DNA of 64,000 bases from Pelomyxa schiedti (Eukaryota > Protista > Evosea), in NCBI GenBank assembly GCA_020536535.1, contig JAHLWZ010000004.1:186001-250000 (forward strand). The letters are read 5' to 3'. Below, in pieces: positions 37,531 through 49,600 of this stretch (within the stretch, counting starts at the first letter, position 1; every line of letters starts with the position of its first letter). A program made the translations under genes and the position numbers. The notes under the pieces are model-generated. The model searched no databases. It worked only from the letters and a program-made list of their open reading frames with translations, and was not told where the DNA came from.

Positions 37531-37911
37531 CCGAAAACTTTGAAAACGGAAAAAAACAGCCCCAGACCAGTCTCGGGAACTTCACCGCCTTTTGCAATGC
37601 ACTGTCAACAAGCAAACGTGGGAGCGAGTTGGGTCAATGAACCTAAGATGAGAGAACTCGCTGCGGAAACCCAATGCACAGCAGAAGACGACAAATTCCG
37701 GAGAATGGTGCCTGAAAAAGTGGCTACCCAGTGCGATCAGTTTGCCACAAAGGAAACGTGTTGTTCCGGCTTATGGGTAGAACTTAGTTCAAAACCATAG
37801 AATGATAACGTTTTTGTAATTCTATGAGAATAGAGTAAAGGGAACTTCAGGGGTTTACCATAAATTGCCTCTGTACTCCCTGGTGTGGAGCAATATGTTC
37901 TATTTGGGTTG

Positions 37912-40900
37912 CTATAGAGTGTTGTTGGGCAGAGGTTTGTTGGGTGGTGGAACAGGCCTGGTTGGTGGTGACACTGATGTGCTGGTGCTGGGAGGGTTAT
38001 TGTAAGGTGGTTGTGGTGCACATCTGATTGCCGGCAGGGGCCTCCCTGTTCGTGGTGGTAGTGGCCGTGCAGGAGGAGTACTGACTACTTGTGCTGTTGT
38101 TGTTTGAGTTGGAATTGGAGTTGGTCCTGGTTCTGGTTTTTGTGTTGCTGTTGGTGTTGCTGGTGTTGGTGTTGTTGTGGGTGTTGGCCCTGGTTCTGGT
38201 TTTGGAGTTGGGATTACTGGTTGAGTTGGTGTTGGAGTTGGTGTTACTTGGGGAGGTGGAGGACTGTGTTCGGGGGAGTGTGGTGGGGGAAGCGGGTTGG
38301 TATCTTGGCTTGGAGGGGTATCGACCCTGACTGGTATTGGTACATTAGTTGTTTCTGTGGTGTCAATGTGTTGTGGTATTTGAGGTGAGACTGTTCTTGT
38401 TGCTGCTGGCGGCGGCGGCTGTGATGGTGGTGTTGGCAAAGGCTTGGATGGTGGGTGGGATACTGGAATTGGAGGCAGTACTTTACACGGATGTACTGGT
38501 GTTGAGGGTAAAACCGGAGGTGGCTGTTCAGTTTGCTGTGGCGGCGGCGATGGTGATTGTTGAGGAGGTGGTGAAGGTGGCGGGTGTGGCATATGCGGCG
38601 GAGGAGATAAAGATGGTGATGGCGATACCAACAGCGGACTTGGTTGTTGGCAGGTGGGGAAGGGTGGTTGATGTGATGGAGGGGATGATGGTGGAGGAGA
38701 GGGGGTCAGTACCGCATTTGTTTCTGTGGATATTGGCTCAAGGGGTACTTGGCTGGGCTGCACTCGTTCCTGCTGCTCTGCTGGAAGTTGTTCCTGCTGT
38801 TGCGTTTGTTGTTGTTCCAACAGCGCAGCTGGAAGCTGTTGGTGTTCCAGTTGCTGTGTGGATGCCAATTCAGACGGACTATTGGTACGAGTTTCTTGTG
38901 CGACTACATGAATAGATTGGGGCTGTACTGGTACATGAGAGCTGAATGAGATATATCTTTCCCTATTTGGTGTTTTTGTGACAACCGCGGGGATCCATGA
39001 CGCAGCTCTTCTCGATCCAATTAGAGATCCTTGCATAGAATCATCAAGTTTCGGAGAAATACTAGTTTCCTTATTTCCAGAGGATTTCCATTCCTGCACT
39101 GGCTCTGGAAAATTGTAACAGTTGAAAATCGAAGAAAAAATTCCTACCTGTGTGTTTGTCACTATCAGCCTGATTTTTTTGAGCAAAGAAAAAAGGAATT
39201 AGTCAAAATAGAGTTGGATATCAGTGGTAAATACATGCACTCTTGTCCCATCTGACGAAGGCTCAGTTGCAGTTCCCTTACCTCCAGAAGTTGGTTGTGG
39301 GGATGCTTGACCCTGCACAGAATGCTGCGAATTTGCATTCCCAACAGAGGTGGAGGTGGAAGTAGATGTAGCCGCAGAGCCCGATCCAGAAGATGATCCT
39401 GAGGCAGAGCCTAGTGGTGCTGAAGGGATGGCTGAGGTTGAGCTGGGAGAAGGTGAAATTGAGGGGGAACTGGAAGGAGAGGCAGTAGAGGGCACTGGAG
39501 AGGACGTGTTCGATGTCGCTGCTCCATCATCACTATGAGGAGCAGGATGTTCCTCCCGGGTGCCTGTGCTGCTGTGCATGAAAGAAGGAGGCTTAAAGTT
39601 TTGGAGACGCCTAAAAGTTTTTGCCACGGTTGCGCCAGTAGTGGCTGCAAATGCACCAGTTGTCGCGGCGATGGCCCCAGTAGTGGCGGAAAATGAAGTC
39701 GGGAGGTCCGGCATCAATCTTCTTTTTCGAGCTGGAGAGTGTAAGTGAAAAATAACTGAGGCTGTTCTACCTTGTGGGGTATTTTTAGTCCCCGCACCAG
39801 AATCGAATTCTGCAGCAAAACTGAAACACTCCCCACACATGAGGGCTTTTTTGCTACCACAAGGGGTGTCACCTTCTAGGTTTATACCACACATTGAGCA
39901 AACAAAGCACTGCACAAGGATAGAGTAAATATAAGCCACACAAAAAAGAAGTACCTTTGTGTGCCAGTACTTCTCTTTGTATATAGAACATGGTTGATCT
40001 TTTTTGAAAATGTGGTTGCATTGGAAACATTTTCCAACTCCGCTGGATTATTGTTACGAGAGTGCTGTTTTACATTCAACTTACAGTGTGTAGGACCGAA
40101 ATGGAGGGACGTAATCAGATTCCACTAACAGGGCACATTGCTTTGTCAGGTCCCCATGAATTGCCATATCTTCACGTTCATTTATAAACATCCAAAAAAT
40201 TTGAGAACCCTCAAATGCTTCCAAAAACTGTTGGTAAATATGAGGAACAGGTGCGAACTCTGAGTTGAGTACACACAGATTGTTCATCTCCTTTGTGCGC
40301 CCCGATAAATCCTTTTACGTCAAAGTTGATTTCTTTTGGCCTTCTCTTTGCCTTGGCAATCTCAGGGTCTGCAGTGAAGAATTCGTTGTACCCAGAAAAT
40401 AATTTCCTGAAGAAATGAAAAAACGTTCTGGAAATGGAATTGTCTATTTCTTTGTTCTCGGTGCCCACTATATTGAAACACGGTAAGGCAATTTGGAATA
40501 AAGAGACGAAAACAGACAGTCAATTCCAGAAAGAATGGTAGTTAAAGCATTCCGCAATAAGCTGGCTGGTTTGACTGGAAGAAGATCGGGGAGAGTGGGT
40601 TTCAACAAAAAGGCTCCGGTATCGAGATCAACAAGATATATCTACACAATTTAAGACACTGGTCCATCAAAGAAAAGGTGCTTGGGGGGATCTTTGTGCT
40701 TTACCTCTTCTAGTGGAATGCCAGTTTTCTTCACCAGGGCAATTGAAGAGTGCAAACAACCAATGAGAAAGGGCATGGGCGCACTCAAGTATCCAATGAG
40801 AGATTTGGGGAGTATTGGTATAAAGACATGCTAAAGCTTGGATTAGTTTTGTTGTATATTACTTTCATTTCAAAATATCTTTTTAGGCAATTAAAAGACA

Positions 40901-42188
40901 TAGTGTACCTGCCAACTAAACGGAAAGAGGAGAGCACAAAACGCATTGACACAGGAACTGAGTAATTCTAAATTCTCTGATGTTATAACAACTCGTCTTT
41001 CACATAATAGACAACCCCAAAGTTTCACAACTTTGGACACAGTCAACTTGCCAAAAAGACTGCGAAATGAGACCTGAATACAGCCTTAGGAAATCAAGAA
41101 GCTCTTATAAGTAGCACATCAGACACAGAAACATACATAGTCCAACAACATTTCTGAAGCTGGACGCATAATTGTGTATTCATCCATACCAGATGTTGAT
41201 GTGCAAGAAAAAGTTCTGACAACGAAGCTGTCTCCTGGTGCTGGAAAAGGGTGTGCCAAAACTGCCTGTAAAACAAAAAGTATTATGTCATGCTGAAGGA
41301 GTTAAAAAAAGAAAAACCAAACCTTCAAAAAATTGAAAACTGCTGATGAAGTTTTTCTTCTGCTTTCGATAATATCCAGCAGTTTGCAAAAAAGGCTGTA
41401 TGAAGGCCTGAAAGGGGGAAAAAGAAATGAGCTTTCCAAGGAATATCCAAAGGAATTACAACTACAACTCAAGAGGGATGTAATGCCATACACATGACTA
41501 ATGATACAAAAGCACTCAGGTGGTGTGGCATGAATGAATCGCCTGCAGTATCCAAATTGTTTGGTGCCATCCCCAGATGTCATGACAAATGAGAAAGTCT
41601 CAGATTTAGGCTTTGATTCCTGCACAGAAGATGAGTTTGCCACTCCTGAGGACGCCGGTGTAGATGAAGATGTAGAAGTAGATGTAGATGCAGATGGTGT
41701 TGCTGATACAGATGATGAAAGGGGTGATGAATTTGGGGGAGTAGAGCCAGAATTGGAATTTGGTCTTGGAGATGGTGATGATGATGCTGGTGTGGAGTTT
41801 TGGGTGGGTCGCTCTTCAGGAAAACAAAATTGTACAAATGCAGCAGAGTCCTGTGATGCTCGGTCTCTGTCGCGATCATCCTGAAGGGGTGGAAATCTAT
41901 AACTCACATGTGGCACGGCACTCCCATCGGCTGAGATTATTCAATAAGGTCAAGGCCCCCAACCCCAAGTCATTTCCCACTTATGGGCGCGAGAGGACGT
42001 CCCACAAGTGCCACCAAACACCAGCGATGCACACACCGCCAAAAAAACCGCAACAGTACAGAAAAGAAAAAAAAAACGAGAAGAGGATGACCTTTTTCTG
42101 TAAGTTGTATGAGTAGGACGTGATCAAAGAGCTGGGCTTCTGCTGGAGTGGTGCGTTCGCCTCCCTTGTCCTTTGGGGGCTTGCTCAT
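37912..42188 (-). CDS. DENN-domain (Rab GEF) protein with LIM zinc finger and proline-rich C-terminus; multi-exon
   Basis: uDENN LFDHVLLIQL..FVQFCFPE..TFSFVMTSGDGTKQFGYCRR; dDENN FLEAFEGSQIFWMFINERE; spliced LIM C-FQ-C-x18-H-TK-C-FV-C-SM-C-x17-C-GE-C at ~40030-39820; PxxP-rich last exon. Confidence 0.75.
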
Positions 42189-42865
42189 TTTTTAATGGAT
42201 TCGTTTTCTTTGCAATTACTGTGTGTGATGGGAATTTCGTTCATAACGTTCGTATCTGATGATCTGCAGAAGGTTTTCAGATTCAAACTCCCAGACTCAC
42301 CCAAAGCACCCACAAAAACCTCTCTGCAGAAAAACAAGGGCTTCTCGGTCCTTCTGAGACAAGCTTCCATTGTGGAAACTTGACAGACAAAGTGATTTTG
42401 GTGAAATCCCAAGCAACAGTACTGGTTGCATCCAAGTAGTAAAAGCTCACCGAGTACAGATGGAACGATCACGGCTCCCTTGGCACTGGTCCCAAGTGTG
42501 GTTGCCTCAGTTCTAACAAGTCAGTGTGCTTCTTACGTTTGTCACGTGTGCTGCGGACCAACTCAGGTGTTGCTTATGCAACATCATATATTTGAGAGAG
42601 GCAGGGGGTGGAAAGGTAGCAGAGTAGCAGTGCTCAAAGGCTTGTCACACTGTCTCCTAAACTGTAGCGCTTTTGGGCCAATGTCAATTTGAGGGGGTGT
42701 GACAGGATCTCTGTTACGAAACCTCCAAAGACGAAAGAAAAAACGCCACGGAGACCTATCTCTCAATGGAAGAATACAAATTGGACCGTCCTTCAAGGTA
42801 GGCAAAAAAAAAAAATTCTATTGTACCAACACAGATAATCGCAATGACAAAACAAACAAAATTTA

Positions 42866-44338
42866 TCAGGCTAGCGACCAGCTTTGTGTGCAGTAAGTCT
42901 CCTCTGACGGGGTGCAGTACCTCTCAGGGACTCTGTTTTTGTTGGACGCTTCACTATCCTCACACTGTGGTATAAATGACAGTATCCCAATCAGCGTTAC
43001 ACCTTTCCAGTCAATTCCTAGCCATTCTCCATGTGGCACAATTTCAACTCCTCCAGAACTGAATGTTATGTCAGGTTCATGGCAACAATTTTTTCAAGGA
43101 CTTAGAAATTACCAGGGGACTGCCTCCGATCTGGATAGAGAGTGTGTGGAATAACCACAACAAGCAAGCAGATCAACCCACGTTTGCATTTCGGTCTCAC
43201 GCTCAGTTCTTAGCTCGTCAGAATTAGCAAATACATCATCCAGCTCTCGCAGGAAAAACTGTTTGACGTGGAATTTTTCCTGTGTTGATTAAGCCAGAAT
43301 TCAAGGATGAAAAGTGAACAGTTGTACTTTGTGAGTATAATCGAGTGAGTCAATGAGTTCCCAAACCAATTGAAAGTGATTCCAACTGCTTTCGAATCTT
43401 GCAGCAATCTTATTGTCTGCATGATTCAAATGCGGTTCTGCAAGTACCACGCCACTTACTCCACCCATCGACTTCACTGTCTTCAGAGTCCGGAGTAAAT
43501 CACTTCTTTTCTCAGGTAGCAAGTGATGCATCGCCAGTGAAGCCATCACAACTACTCTGCTCCTCTGAAACAAGGTAAGACTTATTACCCACAATGAGTT
43601 ATCTCTACCTCCTGATTAGCAGAGCAAAGGATTCCTTCCCATTTCTCAGTTGTGAGAGTCTCAGCAAATCCGCATACTGAGGAATATGTCACCTGAACGC
43701 CAACTGTTCTTCCGGCCTCTACGCAACTATTCCCAGCTGACCGAAGAGAGCCTTCACATAGATCTATTCCTACTATGTGTATCGAGCTCAATGTATGGCC
43801 AAGAGGCAGCGATGCAATGTGAGAGATTATCGCCCTTTCTTGTGCTCCTGTGCCAATACCGATATCAATGAGAGTGAAATGTGTATCGCCCGGCTCAATG
43901 TAAGATGTAACAGCTTCACTTAAGAGACTAGATATAGCTTTTGCAAAAATGAGTCAGTTTGCTAGTGCATGAGTTATTACCTGTGATGTACGGCAATGAC
44001 TGGAACGCATAAGCGTACAGCTCGAGCTGATTGGCCGATTTCCGCTTTGATGAATACAAGGCCGCCTTTGCTGCCCGATTTGTGATTCTCTCCTCCAGCC
44101 TATCGTGTATGTATCTAAACGACGCGTTGAGTACAAACTCTCTAAAAGAGAGGGAGAGATACTTTGCCAACGAGTCATCAGTCAAGTCAGAGACATTCAT
44201 GCCTGACAGAGCCAAACGGGCTGCAGTGGAAGCCAGGGATGTACGCATGTCAAGCAATTCACAGACCTTGCGAAGGCTTTCCTTGTGCTCAGCAGCGAGT
44301 ATGTTCTCGTTCACAATTGGACTTGGGCACTGTGCCAT
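42866..44338 (-). CDS. GRAS-domain protein (bacterial-type, Rossmann methyltransferase fold); 5 exons
   Basis: Introns 43938..43980, 43565..43608, 43280..43327 and 43059..43112 (all GT-AG, frame-preserving) give LELYAYAFQSLPYIT..FTLIDIGIGTGAQ..IHIVGID..VMASLAMHHLL..VVLAEPHLNH..SSWNHFQLVWELIDSLD..QFFLRELDDVFANSDELRTERETEMQTWVDLLACCGY..WLGIDWKGVTLIGILSF, matching the order of GRAS VHIID, PFYRE and SAW blocks. Confidence 0.8.
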
Positions 44339-44960
44339 TTCTTCAGTTGTAGGTTTGAATTCTACCGGCTATGTGGCTTGTTCTGGAGAAACTATTAGGT
44401 GAGGAAATGAAGTTGAGAAGTGTTTGCACCTTTGGGCTTTAAGTTTTATATTATTTAATGCGGTACCGTCATGGTTTATAAAGCCGAGACCTGTCAAAGG
44501 GAAATGTTTCGGTTGCAGGTGGTTTTCCCTCCGCCGCGGGGAAAAAAACTTAAGTTTTGCACGAAAGTCGGTGATTAAGGTTCGCTTCAAAGCCGATTTC
44601 CCCCTCGCACGTTCCATAAATGTCTGTCATGCACGAATTGTGTGGAAGTTCAACGGAAATATTTCGCTCTGACATCTTTCTTGGTTCGGATAGCTCGATC
44701 TGTTAGATGACAGGCTGGGCAGAACGACCTCTTCTGCCTGATTCGGACACTTACAGTGGGCAATTCGCCCAATGGTAAGAGGGGGAGTCTCGTACCATGG
44801 GAAAGGAACTTTCCCGTCGCAAACACCTTTTTCCGAATGTGATGAAGGGCGAAACGATTTCCCTGCGTCGTCGGTTAATAGTTCCCCGGCTTGTGTGGTG
44901 TCAAGGAGAATGGATCTCAGGGAATGAAATGGGAAGAGAAGGGTAAAAAGAATTGTTATT

Positions 44961-46521
44961 ATGTGGACCTTGCGTAGTGGTGTTGCCGATGCACGGTGTT
45001 ATTACTTGTTTCCAAGAAACGACTACTCTGTGGGGAGGCTAGGTACCAACGTGCATTCGATGGCCTTTGACGTTCGATTAAGGGTGTGATATCATTGTGG
45101 GAGATCGTTCTGTATCTAGATGGCATGCACTCATTCATGTTGGAGATCCAAAAGAAAAAGCCGTTATTGAAGTAAAGGACAGGTTCCCTCCCACCCTGAT
45201 TTTTGGTTGTTTGTTTTTAACGGAAACTGTGCAGGTCAAAGTTTGGTACCTATAAAACAACTCTCTCTGGGTACATGCGGATTGAACCAAAAGCGTGGAC
45301 ATTGGTTCACAGTGGCGAGACACTGCGGTTTGGAATGTGCGGCACAGTATTCACTGTCGAATTCACGCCATTACTCTTTTTGTTTGTAAATTGTCCAACA
45401 ATCTCCGAGTTGCTTGGTGTGTTTTGTATTTAAGCCCTTATGATGCACTTAGTGTGAGAGCAGGTGTTGTCACTTACGATCCTCTTCTTGCTACACACTT
45501 GATTACACCTGAAATTATTGTCACAGAAAAAATCCTCATCGGTAATATTTCACTAGTTACCACTCTATTCTTATTGTGCCAGCCTTGTCCAGAGCAATTC
45601 CAATTGTATCTCCAGAATGGGTTTTTGAAATGACTCACAAAGATTACACCCTGGTTCATGGTCTCCCTGATTTTGTCAAGTACATGAAAGTGGCCTACTC
45701 TATCTTACAATGCTAAGGTTCCTTCCGAAGTGCAGGGAATGTTATGGTGCCTCCCTTGCAAAAGTAAACTGGTTTCCAACTCAGGCCCGAAAAACAATTT
45801 TCTGTGGAATGACTTTTATTTTACCTCCCGAATCAGATGTACGAGCTTCCACCCTTTTTTTTTAACCAAGTAAAGGTGTCACTGCCTACACTCATCACAA
45901 ACTGTGGAGGAAATGTGGCATCTCTATCTGACATCATGGCTCCAAATGTAGCTCAATTTGGGGGACTCACATTTGTTGTTATGTCCAGTGAAGAGCAACA
46001 TGAAAATTTGGCTAATGTTTGCCCCCACAAATTAAATCATTGCTGACACCCATCAGATTCCATCCCATCTTCGATGCTCGTTTATAAGAAAAGAAGAAGT
46101 ATGCTCGGCAATTGTACAAATAAGAGCCCCTGGCTCTCCCCTTCCATCAGTAGAACAAGGCCCAGTGAATCACGCACAGACTCCTGTAAAGTTACCAGTT
46201 CAACTTTCTAGAAGTACCAAGTCCCCCAAAAATCCCGCAGATCAGTCACCACCAAACCGCTGTGAATCCCCAAACATGGAACCCCGGGCACCGCAGCTAC
46301 CACTACAGGAACCCGCCACAATCCTTCTTCCACTTTCCACGGACCCCAGACCCAGCCTAATGCAAGTTGCAGTCAGACCACTGTTGCATTCCAGCCAATC
46401 AAAACAGTTCAAAAAGGTACCGCCCCCTTCTCTCTTTTCACGAAATGACCAAATTCCAGATTTCTTGACCAGTGGCAACGACTACAAACATGGCCACGAT
46501 AACCCAGTCAATGATAACTAA
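44961..46521 (+). CDS. NBN: Nibrin/NBS1 (FHA + BRCT); multi-exon, 3' end approximate
   Basis: MWTLRSG..YSVGRLGCDIIVGDRSVSRWHA..VKDRSKFGTY..SGETLRFGMCGTVFTVEFTPL (NBS1 FHA), ATHLITPEIIVTEKILIALSRAIPIVSPEW (BRCT, cf. [30 protein letters not shown]), KQFKKV resembling the Mre11-binding motif. Confidence 0.75.
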
Positions 46522-46616
46522 CTTGACCACAGAAAAAGACTAGCAGCACCCAAGCCAACTTTTCCTCCCTTTTGTAGATCCGCCAAAGGAACGAAAATTA
46601 ACGAAAAAACAAATTG

Positions 46617-49600
46617 ATGCGAAGGGGTGGTAGCCAAGGCAAGAAGCACCCGCCGACGTCGTCCAGCGCCAGCAGCCAACAGCGGAGTTCGTCGTCCTCG
46701 CAGAAGCCCCCTTCCAGTGCCTCCAACATAAGCCCATCGAGCAGCGACAGCGAGGGGGGAGGCGGGGGCACGGGAGGGCGCAGCGGCACCAAGGGCCCTG
46801 CGCGCAGCAGGGGCAGGCCCAGGGCCAACCCTCCCCCCGCCTCGTCGTCCTCGGCGTCGGCCTCTACCGCACCCTCCTCCGTCTCGGCCACTACGGCGGG
46901 CGGCGGATCTGCAACGGGGGCAGGCAGGGGGCAGAGGGACAAGGGCGCGGCCGGCGGCGGCAGCGGCGGGGGGAAGGCAGCGACGCCGGGGGGGAAGAAG
47001 AAGAGCGAGAGCAGGAGCCGGACGAGGAGCCGGAGCCGCAGCAAGAGCAAGAGCCGGAGCCGCAGCAGGAGCGCCAGCGGGAGCGGGAGCGCCAGCAGGA
47101 GCAGGAGCAGGAGCGCGAGCCGGGGCAAGGGGGGGAAGAAGCGGAGCCGCAGCAGGAGCAGGAGCCGGAGCGGCAGCAAGAGCAGGAGCCGCAGCAAAAG
47201 CACCACCAGGAGCAGCACCAGCCGCAGCAAGAGCCGCAGCCGGAGCCGCAGCAAGAGCGGCAGCACAAGCAGCAGCAGCAAGAGCAAGAGCAGGAGCCGG
47301 AGCGGGAGCAGGAGCAAGAGCACCAGCCGAAGCAGGAGCAGGAGCCGAGGGAGGGGCAGGGGGAGGGGCCGGGGCAGGCCCAAGGCCGCGAGCGAGGCGG
47401 CGGGCGGCAAGAGGAAGGGCAAGGCAGACGTCCACAACTTGAGCCCCAGCAAAAGCACCAGCAAGAGCAAGAGCAAAAGCAAAAGCAAAAGTAAAAGCAG
47501 AAGCAAGAGCGGGAGCAGAAGCGATGGTGACACAAGCACTAACACATCAGGGGGAGACTCACACCGTCGAGGAAGCACCTCGGGGCCCAGGAAGCGTGCA
47601 TCTGGTGGTGATTTCAATTCCAACCACGGCCGCAATCGCTCTCACAGTCACTCACGATCCCACTCTTACACGTCAGCTTCAACGCATTCTACGCAATCAC
47701 AACACTCTTCAAATCATGCGGGCAAAGTTCCGCCTAGGAATGTTGTACCGAAGACTTCTGATTCAAGTAGACATCGCAGTCCATCACCAAAGACATCGGC
47801 CCCAAGTAGCAGTGAACGTCAAGAGAATTCAAAGACTTCACCAACCCAAAAAGCACAAAAACAACCTCCAACAAATGAGCCAACACCCAAAACCAATGCA
47901 GGAATTCCCAATACAAGTAATAGCACCCCAAGTTCTAGCACAAATTCGACCCCTTCACAGACACATAGTTCTGGAACAAATGCCACCCCTGCACAGGTAC
48001 CACCCGCACCCCAGTCGAAAACACAACAGACTCCTTCGACTACTCCTATCACCCCTTCTTCATCACTACCTACACCCAACACTGCAACTGTAACTGCAAC
48101 TGCAGCTAGTACGGCTTCCACTTCCACTCCTATTACTGCTCCTACTACAACTGCACGCCAACCTCCTCGCCAGTCAACACCAGTCTTACCAGTAGTTCAC
48201 GTTGCAACTTCAACCACAACCTCAGCTCCCCCCGCCTCCACAACAGTCTCTCCTACGGCACCATTAGTATCAACTAATTCAACAGTAAGAAATACCACTG
48301 TTACAATTGTAACCCCTAAAGCGGTGGCCAAACCTTCCGCATCTGTGGGTTCTGCCCCTGTGTCTTCCACGGTGTCTGCTCCAGCACCTTCCGCAGTTTC
48401 TGGCCCAGCTTCTTCCACAAGCAGCCCACAAACCCAAAAACCAAATGTGCCTACAACTCCAACAGGGCCAGTTGTTTCTACACAAAACCTTTCAAAAGTT
48501 ACACCTGCAACTTCTCAATCTAAACCCACTGTAACCGTAGTGCTCCCTCAAAATCCAAAGGTGACTACCTCTTCTCCCCCGCCTACCCTTCCAGTGACAA
48601 CAAATTCAACTCCAACGCCTTCCTCAACCAAGAGTACAATAACACCCACACCCCAAACCCCAACTGTGGCTACTGCTGTAACAGTACAGACGTCTTCATC
48701 ACTCTCTAGCCTTCCACCCAACCCACCCAGCGTGAATATAGTGAAACCCAGTACCGCACCCATCCCTGTACGAAAGGTTCCTCCGCCAACACCCGCAAAT
48801 GTACCTTCAGCGGCTCCAGAACCCATCAAGGAAAAGGAGTCACAGCAGCTCCCCCCTCCAGCAATCACTCCCGCTCCCGCTTCCATTCCCATTCTCAATC
48901 CTACTCCAGCTCACACTCCCAGTCCTGCTCCAACTCCAACTCCAACTCCAAATCCAAATCCAACTCCAACTCCAACTCACACTCCAACTCTCGTTCCCGC
49001 TCCCGCTCCCGCTCCCCCTCCCCCTCCCACCCCAACAGCGTTAGCCGATTCCACGCAGAAGACAACTTCAGCAATAACTACTACACCGACACCAGCTCCC
49101 ACAAGTACCATATCCCATCAACCTGAGCCTCAGGCGGCCAACAAAGCTGTCGCACCGGCTTCCGCTGACGTGGTGCTTGAGGACGCCAAAGACTTGGAGC
49201 CAAACCCCTTACAACCTCTTTCCTCTTCCTCCTTGGCCGATTCGGCGTATGCAACATTGAGTGAAATCAGTTTCTAACATGGTACCTTAAGGCTCATCAG
49301 GCAGAAAGAAGCGGAAATAGAGACGCTCAGAACAACTATTGCAGCTATGCAGGAGTTGAGTGATGATCTACAAAACCCTGTTGTCCTCACAGTAAGTTAC
49401 CAACCTCACATCTACGGCTTGCGTGATTGCCTCACAGGCTTTTTTTTTTCTTCCCCTCTCTTCTGCCCAGCCCTTCCTTCTTCTTCTTGCTTCTTCATTG
49501 TTTTGCTTTATTTTGTTTAATTTTATTTTTTTTTACAAGTGCTCTTTGTTGATGTTTAGATGATATGGCTTCTCGATACACTGATAACTGAAATGATATA

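Noticed and set aside
37586-37595. GCCTTTTGC resembling U5 snRNA loop I
   Set aside because: The invariant loop is GCCUUUUAC; no flanking U5 stem or Sm site on that strand.
44400-44960. tRNA or other known RNA gene in the long divergent gap
   Set aside because: No cloverleaf with A/B boxes and no snRNA, SRP or RNase P/MRP motif recognised.
46518-47635. Long minus-strand ORFs (305 aa Ala/Pro-rich; 345 aa poly-Leu)
   Set aside because: Antisense shadows of the RS-repeat exon; stop-free only because of the repeat and high GC.
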